Assembly: GCA_965263355.1 (NCBI GenBank)
Contig: CBDHHL010000049.1
Coordinates: forward strand, 64,001 to 128,000
Direction of reading: 5' to 3'
DNA from: Leptolyngbyaceae cyanobacterium
GTDB lineage: Bacteria; Cyanobacteriota; Cyanobacteriia; Phormidesmidales; Phormidesmidaceae
DNA length: 64,000 bases
The position numbers and the translations under genes are program-made. Shown here piece by piece: positions 1-11,600 of the stretch. How positions within the stretch are numbered: position 1 is the first letter of the stretch; every line of letters begins with the position of its first letter. The notes under the pieces are model-generated. The model was not told where the DNA came from and did no database searches. It saw nothing but the letters and a program-made list of their open reading frames with translations.

Positions 1-167
1 ACAACAATCATCACGCTTTTCCAAGCTCCGCTGTAGCTGGTTTTTATTGGTGGCAGATTGATCCAAGTACCTGGTTACTCAGAGCATTAGAAAAAGCTGG
101 CTGGGTTTGGGATTTGAAGGTACCTAATAAAGCCATGCTTAATGCCAAACGAATTGTAACAAGTTAA
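1..167 (+). CDS. 3' end of a membrane fatty-acid desaturase (truncated by window edge)
   Basis: Frame from nt 3 reads NNHHAFPSSAVAGFYWWQIDPSTWLLRALEKAGWVWDLKVP...VTS* (TAA 165-167). This contains the third His box and parallels the C-termini of the next two ORFs. Not in the supplied ORF track. Confidence 0.9.
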   Translation, partial: NNHHAFPSSAVAGFYWWQIDPSTWLLRALEKAGWVWDLKVPNKAMLNAKRIVTS

Positions 168-198
168 CAGCCATATACCCACACTCCCTGCTAGACAA

Positions 199-1197
199 AT
201 GTATAGTCAACTGCCTGATAACACAATTACTAGAGAGTTAGACTCCTTGCCAGAGTATAAAACTCCAATATCTACTCGGCAAGATACGTTGAGTAACCAA
301 CATCTAAAAAGTATTCATCGTCGATTTAGTATAGCCACCATTATGATTCCAACTTTAGGCACTGTGGTGGCTGTGAGCCTGATCCCCTATTGGGGATTTG
401 GCACCATGGAACTCAGTCTTTTAATCTGTGGTTATTTTTTAACCTTGTCGGGGGTGGAAACAGGATTTCACCGTCTCTTTTCTCACAAATCGTTTCAGTG
501 CAATAAAGGGGTTTGGCTGTGGTTTGGTATTCTCGGGTCCATGGCAGCGGAAGGTCCGGTGATCAATTGGGCAGCTACCCATCGACGCCATCATCGCTAC
601 AGTGATAGACTCGGCGATCCTCACTCACCGGTTTACAACAAAACCACTAAACTGAAAACACTGCCCGGTTTTTTGCATGCCCACATGGGCTGGATGTTTA
701 ACCCGGAAGTGACCAATTCAATTTTATATGCCAGAGACTTTTTACGTGACCCACTCGTGTTTTGGATCAACCGCTGGTATTTAGGTTGGGTTAGCCTTGG
801 GTTACTCATTCCTACGGTGTTAGGATTTGCGATTACTGGCAGTTGGGTAGGAGCTGTAAAAGGATTATTGTGGGGTGGATTGGTGCGTATTTTTTGCGTA
901 CATCATGCCACCTGGTCCACAAATTCCCTGGGCCATATTATTGGCAGACGACCCTATGGTACAAAAGACAGAAGTACTAATAATTTTTGGCTGTCTATTC
1001 TCTCAGTGGGTGGATCCTGGCACAACAACCATCATGCTTTTGCCTATTCGGCTTGCCATGGTTTGGAATGGTGGCAGCTAGACCCAGGAGCCTGGACCTT
1101 GAGAACGTTAGAGAAGCTCGGCTGGGTTTGGGCCATGCGAGTACCAACAGAACAGGTAAAACAAGCAAAGCGACGGGACCTCTCAGCCAATGACTAG
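199..1197 (+). CDS. Membrane di-iron fatty-acid desaturase / possible acetylenase (delta9-like, JamB-type context)
   Basis: His boxes HRLFSH, HRRHH, HNNHH; hydrophobic helices; upstream of an ACP and PKS. Confidence 0.9.
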   Translation: MYSQLPDNTITRELDSLPEYKTPISTRQDTLSNQHLKSIHRRFSIATIMIPTLGTVVAVSLIPYWGFGTMELSLLICGYFLTLSGVETGFHRLFSHKSFQCNKGVWLWFGILGSMAAEGPVINWAATHRRHHRYSDRLGDPHSPVYNKTTKLKTLPGFLHAHMGWMFNPEVTNSILYARDFLRDPLVFWINRWYLGWVSLGLLIPTVLGFAITGSWVGAVKGLLWGGLVRIFCVHHATWSTNSLGHIIGRRPYGTKDRSTNNFWLSILSVGGSWHNNHHAFAYSACHGLEWWQLDPGAWTLRTLEKLGWVWAMRVPTEQVKQAKRRDLSAND

Positions 1198-2191
1198 TTT
1201 AGATGCTTCAATCGGGAAGAATCCTCTCCCACAGGTTTCAGAAACGGATATAAAATCCTCCAACGCTAAAATTTTTCTAGATAATCCACGCATTTATAAA
1301 CTGCAGTATCGGGTGGCTCTGGTCAGTGTGGTTGTTCCTACGATTGGTACAATGGTCGCCCTGGTGTCATTACCATTTTGGGGTATTAATGTCGTATCCA
1401 TAGGGCTATTGGTGGTCTTTTATAGTTTGACCATGACGGGTATTATTGTCGGATTTCATCGATATTTCTCTCACCGTTCTTTTGAGACAACCCGATCCAT
1501 TCGGGCATTGTTGTTGATTTTAGGCTCCATGGCTATGCAGGGTCCTCTGATTAATTGGGTAGCCACTCACCGACGACATCATAAATATAGTGATGTCCCA
1601 CTGGATACCCATTCTCCCCACTGGCGTGGAGACGAACAGGTGTCAGGAATTCGAGGGTTTTGGCATGGACACATTGGCTGGATGTTTGTCAGTAAAATCA
1701 CAAATTCGGCTCTTTTTGCCAAAGACTTGTTGCAAGACCCGCTAATTGTCAAGTTAAATCGGAGTTACTTTGGCTGGATTACCCTTGGTGTATTGCTGCC
1801 AGCAATTCTAGGAGGTTTACTCACTCAAAGTTGGCAGGGAGCTTGCCAGGGTTTTCTTTGGGGTGGATTGGTACGAATCTTTTTAGTACACCATGCATGC
1901 TGGGCGATTTCTTCAGTTGCACATAACTATGGAACCCGTCCCTTTATAACGCCAGACAGAAGTACCAACAACCGTTGGTTAGCCATCCCTAGTTTTGGCG
2001 GCACCTGGCATAACAATCACCATGCTTTTCCCCAGTCACCCGTCACAGGGTTGATGTGGTGGCAGTTTGACATTGGAGGAATAATTGTTCAAGCAATGAG
2101 TTTTCTTGGTCTTGCTTGGAACTTAAAGACACCTTCACGGAGCTTGATTGAGTCTAGACAGAAGAGGAGAGTATTAATGGATACGCTATGA
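1190..2191 (+). CDS. Membrane di-iron fatty-acid desaturase / possible acetylenase
   Basis: His boxes HRYFSH, HRRHH, HNNHH; 8-nt overlap with the previous gene. Confidence 0.9.
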   Translation: MTSLDASIGKNPLPQVSETDIKSSNAKIFLDNPRIYKLQYRVALVSVVVPTIGTMVALVSLPFWGINVVSIGLLVVFYSLTMTGIIVGFHRYFSHRSFETTRSIRALLLILGSMAMQGPLINWVATHRRHHKYSDVPLDTHSPHWRGDEQVSGIRGFWHGHIGWMFVSKITNSALFAKDLLQDPLIVKLNRSYFGWITLGVLLPAILGGLLTQSWQGACQGFLWGGLVRIFLVHHACWAISSVAHNYGTRPFITPDRSTNNRWLAIPSFGGTWHNNHHAFPQSPVTGLMWWQFDIGGIIVQAMSFLGLAWNLKTPSRSLIESRQKRRVLMDTL

Positions 2192-2307
2192 GTTAGGTAT
2201 TACCCCACAAGGAAGTGTCAAGACTTCTGTCTCGACGCTGCCATAGACGTCTCAACAGGATTTATTCAGCAATCGATATAACTACATATTTTTGGTAGGA
2301 GAGACTT

Positions 2308-2577
2308 ATGACTTCTGTAAATGTTTCTGATAAAGCTAGCAATCTGACTGCGGCATCTATTCAAGAGTGGCTCACCCACTATCTTGCAAATCTGCTGGAT
2401 ATAGACTCTGACGATATTGATGTTGAAACTCCGTTTGAAGGATATGGTTTGGACTCTGCCGCTGCTGTTGCTATGACTGGAGACTTAGAGGACTGGCTAC
2501 AGGTTGAGCTAGATCCCACCCTGGTGTATGACTATCCAACCGTTGAAAAGTTGTCTAATCACCTGGCAGTTCAGTAA
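2308..2577 (+). CDS. Free-standing acyl carrier protein (JamC-like starter ACP)
   Basis: YGLDSAAAV phosphopantetheine motif; acidic 89 aa; AGGAG upstream. Confidence 0.93.
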   Translation: MTSVNVSDKASNLTAASIQEWLTHYLANLLDIDSDDIDVETPFEGYGLDSAAAVAMTGDLEDWLQVELDPTLVYDYPTVEKLSNHLAVQ

Positions 2578-2620
2578 CAAACTGCACTTTATTTTTGCTT
2601 GAGTCTGGAGGGGCACAGAG

Positions 2621-5600
2621 ATGGCAATTGAGTCAAGGGTAGAATCTATTGCAATTATTGGAGTGGGTTGCCGGTTTCCAGGAGCCCAGAATCCACAAGC
2701 ATTTTGGCAATTGTTGAAGGATGGTGTAGATGCCATTACTGAAGTGCCAAAAAGTCGTTGGGATGTGGATGAATTCTACTTTTCTGAGCCAGCTACCCAA
2801 GGGAAGATGAGTACCCGCTGGGGCGGATTTGTAGAGCCCATTGATCGATTTGATCCGGGTTTCTTCAACATTTCTCCTCGGGAAGCAGAGCATATGGATC
2901 CCCAGCAACGACTGATGCTGGAGGTAGCCTGGGAAGCGTTGGAAGATGCTTCTATTGTGCCTGATTCTTTGGCAGGTTCTCGAACTGGTGTGTTTGTGGG
3001 AGTGGGATCCTATGACTATCATAAGATTCTCACACGGGAACCTGAGAATGCTGGTCCCTACAGTGGTTTGGGTACCTCGAACTGTATTACGGCCAGCCGA
3101 GTTGCCTATGCTCTGGACTTGAAGGGACCTAATCTCTCGGTGGACACCGGATGTTCATCATCGTTGGTGGCCACTCACTATGCTTGTCAAAGTCTTCAAT
3201 CAGGGGAGTCTGATCTGTGTATGGTGGGTGGAGTGAATGTGATTCTCTCTCCTGCCATTAGTGTTGCATTCTCCCAAGCTCGGATGATGTCACCTACAGG
3301 GCGCTGCAAGGCATTTGATGCTTCAGCGGATGGCTACGTACGGGGCGAGGGATGTGGTGTTGTCATTCTCAAGCGTTTGTCAGATGCCCTAGAAGATTGC
3401 GATCGCATCTTAGCAGTCATCAAAGGCACCGCCATCAACCAGGACGGGACAACCAACGGTATTACCGCCCCCAATGGACTTTCTCAACAGACCCTAATTA
3501 AAGAAGCCATTGCCAATGCCGGGCATAGTCCTGCCCAACTGGCTTACATAGAAGCCCACGGGACCGGCACGCCCCTAGGAGACCCCATTGAGTTTAAAGC
3601 GCTCAAGGCGGTGATGAAGGATCGCCCTGAAGATTATACCTGTTGGGTCGGGTCGGTTAAAACCAATGTAGGGCATTTGGAAGCAGCGGCAGGGATGGCC
3701 GGATTAATCAAGGTGATTTTGTCACTTCACTATGATTGGATTCCTCCCCATCTTCACTTAAATGAACTAAATCCTTATATTTCGCTAAAAGGAACTGCTC
3801 TAGATATTCCTAAGCAGGGACAACCCTGGCCTGATGTGGCAGACACTCGTGTGGCTGGAGTGAGCGGCTTTAGCTTTGGTGGTACCAACTGTCACCTGGT
3901 TATTGAAGAACCACCACTGACCGTATTAGAGCGCTCTGAGAGTTCCTTAAAAGAACAGCTCCTCACCCTATCAGCCAAAGATGAAGATGCTCTGCAGGAG
4001 CTGGCGGGACATTATATTGACTATATTCGCAACCATCCATCTATTCATCTGGCTGAGCTGTGTAGTGCTGCTAATCATGGGCGTACCCATTTTGAAAGTC
4101 GGTTAGCGATCTCAGCCCACACTACCGACGAAGTCGCAGATCAATTGCAGACGTTTGTGGCTAGTGGAAAAACATCAGGCAATATTGTGTCGGGCCAGCG
4201 CAAGCGTAAGCGTGGTCTCAAGGTAGCCTTTTTATTCACTGGTCAGGGCAGCCAGTATTCTCAAATGGGTGCTGAGCTTTATGAGCAGGAATCTGTCTTC
4301 CAAGATGCAATTGACTGCTGTAGTGAGGTATTAAATCCACTTTTGGAAGTCTCCCTTCAGGAATTACTTTATGGTGAAACCAATGGGGAGGATGAATCTC
4401 TTCTAAACCAAACTCGTTACACTCAACCCTGTTTGTTTGCGGTGGAATATGCTCTGGCTCAACTGTGGCAGTCTTGGGGCATTGAGCCCATGGTGGTGAT
4501 GGGGCACAGTGTAGGCGAATATGTCGCAGCTACCGTGGCAGGGGTATTTTCCCTGGCGGATGGGTTGCGTCTGATTGCTGAGCGAGGACGTCTGATGCAG
4601 TCCTTGCCCAGCGGTGGCGGCATGCTTTCAGTGTTAAGCTCTGAAGCGGCCTTAGCATCCCATCTAGCTCACTACGATAGCAAGATAAGTATTGCCGCCT
4701 TCAATGGTCCTGAAAGTACTGTTTTATCTGGAACGCTAACCGCCATTGAATCCCTGGCAAAAGACCTTACAGACGCAGGTATTAAGGTAAAACGGCTTAA
4801 GGTTTCCCACGGATTCCATTCTCCACTTATGGAGCCTATTTTAGAAGACTTTCGTGAGATTGCTGGGACTATAGAATACGGGGTTCCCAAAATCAAGCTA
4901 ATATCCAACCTCACAGGAGACATTGCTAATCCATCGATAATAACTCCGGATTACTGGGTGGACCACCTTCGCCAGCCAGTAAATTTTGCAGAGGGAATGA
5001 ATACCCTAGCAGAGATTAAACTGGATGCCTATGTGGAAGTGGGAACAAAACCCATTCTGCTGGGCATGGGCCGTCAATGTATCGATTTCCCAGAAAATCT
5101 TTGGTTGCCCTCTCTGCGTCCTGGTCAGGGAGATCGACCACAGCTGCTCAACAGTTTAGCTCATCTTTATGTGCGTGGAGCTAAGGTCAACTGGCAGACA
5201 ATTTCGCCTAAGCTACCGCAAACAATTCCATCGTTGCCCACCTATCCATTTCAGCGTCAGCGCTACTGGGTGGATCTGGATTCTCCCCACACCTCCCGTA
5301 ATCAAACATTAACTAATCAACAGCATAGTGTTCATCCATTACTGGGGCAGGCGTTTCAGGTGGCAGGTCATGACACCCCCTACTATGAAACGGTTATTAG
5401 CTCAGTTTCTCCTGCCTATCTAGGAGACCATTGTGTATTTGAGCAGGTGATTGTGCCGGCCACCGCTTTTCTGGAGATGGTGCTGGCAGCAGCAGAGCAA
5501 CAGTTTAAGCAGTTTCCATTGTGTGTGGAGTCAGCCCAGATTAAGCAGGGGCTGTTGCTAACTGACCAAACTACCCTACAAACCACTGTCCATAGCCAGA

Positions 5601-8600
5601 ATGGCGAGAGCTGTACCGTTGCAGTGTATAGCCGTTTAACCCAGGGCAATTGGCAAAAACATATTGCAGCCCAGATCAGCCTGACAGACGACAGGGCGGC
5701 TTCTCTAGATCTGGCCCAATATCAGACAGCCTGTGGCACGGAAGTAACCGTAGCAGAACATTATGTTCGCTGTGGTGAGCGAGGGCTAAACTATGGTGAT
5801 TGTTTCCAGGGGATAACTCAGCTTTGGAGGGGAGATTCCCAGGCCATTGCTCAGGTACAACTACCCGCGTCCCTACTGACCGATGAGACCCTTGCAGACT
5901 ATCTCATCCACCCAGCCCTATTAGATGCTGCATTCCAGGTATTAACCCATGCCATTGATGGCAATGATCGTCGCACCTATTTACCCATTAGCCTGGAAAA
6001 ATTAACCCTTTATCGTCGTCCCACAGGCACCGTTTGGGCCTTAGGGGAAGTTAGCAGAGGTCGCCGTCTGCGGGGCACCCTTACCCTGATGGATAGCAGT
6101 GGAGAGATTTTTGCCCGATTGGAAGGGTTGCGGGTTATTCCCGTTACGATGAAGAGTTTATTGCGGCGGCTGCAACCCAATGGAGTTGACGAGAATCTGT
6201 ATCAGCTGACATGGGTGCAAAAGGAATTGCAATTTTCTGCTGCAGAAGTTGTGCGATCGCATGCCCCATCTCCTCAACAGCCCCCCTGGCTGCTGTTTCT
6301 CAACCAGAACACCCCAGCTAGCCAACAACTCTCCACAGCATTAGTCCAGAAACTGACTGAAGCTGGTCATCCTTCCATCCGTGTTCTCCTGGGTACCAAA
6401 TACGCCCAGCTCGATGAGCACTGTTACCAAATCAGGGCTAACCACCGCAACGATCTCGCTCAGCTACTGGAGACAATTCCCACTGTTCAGGGTATTGCCT
6501 ATCTCTGGGGCACTTCAGACAGCCATCAGCCCTGGCAAATTGACCAGGCCCAAAACTGCGGTACATTAATAGCCCTGGTTCAAGAATTAGCCCATTCCCG
6601 CACCCCTGAAAAGTATCCTCTATGGGTTGTTACTCGGGGCACTCAATCTATTGCTAGTGCAGCGGATGTCACCCAACCTCAACAGGCTTCTCTCTGGGGA
6701 TTGGGTCGCGTCATCACCCTGGAGCATCCTGAACTCCAATGTCGTTATATTGACCTCGAAGCCGAGACAGGTCCCAAGACTTGCGGCCAACTTCTGGTTC
6801 AAGAACTATTGGCTAGCCAGGGTGACGACAATTCAGATATAGCTGAACAACAAATTGCCTATCGTTTTGCCTATCGTCAGCAACAGCGCTACGTGGCTCG
6901 ACTGGAACGCCATGCCATTACTCCTCTGGACGAGAGCAATGAAGCATTTCAACTACGACTGTCGGATTACGGTCTGATTGATAATCTGCATCTGTCTTCT
7001 TTGGAACGTCGTACACCTAACGCGGACGAAGTAGAAATCGCAGTAGATACCGTTGGCCTCAACTTCCGGGATGTACTCAATACCCTGGGTCTGCTTAAAG
7101 ACTACTACAAAGACACCTTTGGTATCGAATCAGCGGACCAGCTTACCTTTGGGTTTGAATGTGCCGGACGCATTAGTACTGTCGGAGCTGATGTCACCCA
7201 TTGGCAGGTGGGCGATGAGGTGATTGCCACCCTACTCATGGATGGCTTTAGTTGCTATATCACCGTTAATGAGCAACAGGTGATGGCCAAGCCCAGCACC
7301 ATGACCAGTGCAGAGGCCGCCACACTGCCCTTGAGTTATCTCACTGCGTACTACGGTCTCGTGAGTCTGGCTCAGCTAAAACCTGGTGATACAGTCTTGA
7401 TCCATTCTGCGGCTGGCGGCGTGGGCCAAGCGGCAGTGCAAATTGCCCAGCATATTGGTGCAGAAATCTACGCTACCGCCAGCCAGGGTAAATGGTCTGC
7501 TTTGCGAGCCATGGGCATTGACCATGTCATGGATTCCCGCAGTTTGGACTTTGCTGAACAGATTCTAGACCAGACCGGTGGTCAGGGTGTCGATGTTGTT
7601 CTCAATAGCTTTAATGGAGACTACATTCCCAGGACCCTGAATTGTTTAGCGACCAACGGACGGTTTGTGGAAATTGGTAAGCTCGGCATCTGGTCGACAG
7701 AATCAATGGCCGAGGCCAGAGTTGATGTAGCCTATTATCCCTTTGACTTAGGAGAAGTGGCCACCCAGGAACCTGAAACTCTGGCCGCTCTCATTCAAGA
7801 CCTCTCTAAAGCCTGGGAGTCCGGTGTTCTTAAGGCTCTACCCTATAAGGAATTTGAACGGGAAAATATCCAGGATGCCTTCCGATTTATGCAACAGACC
7901 CGCCATGTGGGCAAAGTTGTTATCCAATGGAAACAGCCTACGGTGACTCCGGTTGAGATTACCGCCGAGGGTAGCTATCTGATTACTGGCGGACTAGGAG
8001 CCCTGGGTCTAGAAGTTGCCAAGGGATTGGTAGAACGGGGCGCACGACACCTGGCACTGATGGGTCGACGAGGTCCCAAGTCTGCTGCCGAGAAAGTGAT
8101 TGCGGCTTTAGAAAAACAGGGGGCAGTGATTGCCCTGGTCCAGGCAGATGTCTCCAATGCAGACGATATTGAGCGGGCATTCCAGCAGGTGGCGCAGGAA
8201 CTCCCGCCGCTAAAAGGAATTGTCCATGGGGCTGGTCTACTAGACGATGGACTGCTGTATCAGATGGACTGGGCTCAGATGGAGCGGGTAATGGCACCCA
8301 AGGTAGCCGGTAGCTGGTACTTACATCAACAAAGCCAGACATTGGACCTGGACTTCTTTGTCTGTTTCTCTTCCATGGCAGCACTGCTGGGGTCTCCTGG
8401 TCAAGGTAACTATGCCGCGGCCAATGCCTTTATGGATGGTCTGATGGACTATCGCCGTGGACAAGGATTGCCTGGACAAAGTATCCACTGGGGTCCCTGG
8501 GGTGAAATAGGCATGGCAGCTCAGCTCTCTGCACCACAACAGCAGCGATTGAGGGAAGGGGGGCTCACTCCCTTGAATCCCCAGGCAGGTATTCAAACCC

Positions 8601-11600
8601 TGTTTGACCTGATTCAAAATCGGTCTGCTAACACAGCGGTCCTGCCTATTGAATGGTCAGCGTTTCTCTCTCAGTTTTCTTCAGTTCCTACAGTCTTTAA
8701 TACTATTGCTCCTAAGCGACAGCACCAACCGGTGATTAAGCAACAACAGCAACTTTCTCCGGTGGTACAACAGCTTCAAACACTGTCTACAGAAGAACGT
8801 CGTAACTTCTTGATCGACCTATTACGTAGTCAGGTGGCTAAGGTGGTTGGCCGGACAGATCCTAAACGCATCGGTATGCGTCAGTCCCTGTTTGATTTGG
8901 GCCTTGATTCCCTAATGGCTATTGAGCTAAAAAGCCAGCTAGAATCCAATCTGCAAATTTCGGTGGGTAACACACTACTGTTTGACTACCCCACCATTGA
9001 ATCATTGGTAGACTATCTGCTGTCCGATAGTCAATTAGCCACTTATTTTGAACGTAAACCACAAGCAGTAGCCCTTTCCCAGAAAAATCTTTCAGCTGTC
9101 CCAGATATTGGTGACACTGAGCCCATTGCCATTGTTGGCATGAGCTGTCGTTTTCCAGGTGGGGTAACCTCACCCGAAGAGTTTTGGCAACTGCTCTATC
9201 AGGGTATAGATGGTATTTCGGTGGTGCCCAAGAGCCGTTGGAATATTGATGAATACTATGATGCTGACCCCGATGCTCCTGGCAAAATTGTTACCCGTTT
9301 TGGTGGCTTTGTCTCCAATGCAGAAAACTTTGATGCAGGATTCTTTGGCATTGCGCCTCGGGAGGCCGAGAGTCTAGATCCTCAACAGCGGCTATTACTG
9401 GAAGTCAGTTGGGAAGCACTGGAACGAGCCCATCAAGTACCCGAATCGTTGTTTAACAGTCTGACTGGGGTGTTTATTGGTATCTGCTCCAATGACTACA
9501 CTGACCGTTTGGCCCAGGTTGATACACCCCAGGCTTACTGGGGGACAGGTAATGCCCTGAGTGTAGCAGCGGGGCGTCTGTCCTATGTTCTGGGACTGAC
9601 TGGACCAAGTATGTCAGTCGATACAGCCTGTTCGTCTTCATTGGTGTCGCTACATCTGGCTTGTCAGAGTCTGCGTCAGGGAGAATGTAATCTGGCTCTA
9701 GCAGGTGGTGTGAACTTGCTGCTGTCACCGGGACAAAGTGTGGTTTTTTCCCAGGCTGGGATGCTCTCCCCTGATGGTCGTTGTAAGACCTTTGATGCCT
9801 CTGCCAATGGCTATGTGCGGGGAGAAGGCTGTGGGATACTTGTGCTCAAGCGTCTGTCCGATGCCCAGCGGGATGGCGACAACATTCTCGCGATGGTGCG
9901 TGGCAGTGCAGTCAATCAGGATGGCCCCAGTGGTGGTTTGACGGTACCCAACGGTCCGTCGCAACAAAGTGTGATTCGTCAAGCATTGGCCAATGGTGGA
10001 GTGACCCCGACTGAGGTGAGTTACATTGAGGCCCATGGTACGGGTACTAGCCTGGGTGACCCAATTGAAGTGGCGGCATTAGGGGAAGTCTTTAGGGACC
10101 ATGGTCAGGCTAATCCGCTGCTGATTGGCTCGACAAAAACCAATATTGGTCACCTGGAAGGGGCGGCAGGTGTTGCGGGTCTGATGAAGGTAATCTTGCA
10201 ACTGCAGTATAAACAGATTGTGCCCCATCTCCATTTTTCAGACCCCAATGGCTATATTGATTGGGACAATCTACCGGTGAAGGTACCTACGGCTGCAACA
10301 GAATGGCAGCCCTCTCAGCAAAACCGCATTGCAGGGGTGAGTTCCTTTGGCTTTGGTGGTACTAACTGCCATGTTGTATTGCAGGAAGCGCCGACTTCAG
10401 GCCAACAATCAGAGATTTCGATTTCCTCGCAAGAGGGGCCTTACCTGTTGACTTTGTCGGCGAAATCGCAGGCTGGATTAGAAGCGGTGGCTCAGCGGTA
10501 CAGTGCTTATTTGCAGCAGTCAGAGGTTGCGTTAGCGGCATTGAGTGGGGTGGTGAATTGCGATCGCACCCACTTTCCCCATCGTCTTGCTATTCTCACA
10601 GATACCACTGAGGAGTTAAGTCGTGCCCTTGGCAATATTCATGCAGATAACATAATTACCGGTCAGGCGACCATTGACCAGACACCCACCGTTGCCTTTC
10701 TATTTACTGGTCAGGGGTCCCAATATCTGCATATGGGCAAGGAACTCTATGCCCAGGAATCGGTCTTCCGAGAGGCCATTGATCGCTGTAGTGACGTATT
10801 AAATCAACTGCTGGATATCCCCCTCCAGTCCTTGCTCTATCCCGAGAATAATAACAATGGCTACGGCGCAGTGCTGACCGAGCGTCTGAATCAGACCCAA
10901 TACACTCAGCCAGTATTGTTTGCCTTTGAATATGCCTTGGCCCAACTGTGGCTCTCCTGGGGGATTCAACCCTCGGTAGTGATGGGTCACAGCGTTGGTG
11001 AATATGTGGCAGCAACTATTGCGGGTGTATTTTCGTTAGACGATGGCCTACGATTGATTGCGGAGCGGGGACGGTTGATGCAGTCCTTGCCTGCGGGTGG
11101 CGGCATGCTGTCGGTGTTGGCATCGGAGAAGATGCTTAAGCCCTATTTAGAAGAGATTGAGAGTGAAGCGGACAGGGTTTCCATTGCCGCATTTAATGGG
11201 CCGGAAAGTATTGTGCTGTCGGGTAGTTGGGATCACCTAACCAGGTTAGAGGACAAACTGACTAAGGCAGGCATTAAAACAAAACAACTGGCCGTTTCCC
11301 ATGGGTTCCACTCCCACTTAATGGACCCCATCCTTGAAGAGTTTCGGCGCGTTGTCGATCAGGCTACCATCCACGCGCCTTCCTTAAAGTTGATTTCTAA
11401 CCTGACCGGTGAAGTTGCTAACGAAACCATCGCCACTGCTGATTATTGGGTAAATCATATTCGCCAACCGGTGATGTTTTCAAAGGGCATGCATACCCTC
11501 TCAGAGAATGCTGTAGATGCCTACCTGGAAGTAGGAGCTAAGCCTATTCTGTTAGGCATGGGTCGTCAGTATGTTACCACCTCAGAAGCGACCTGGTTGC

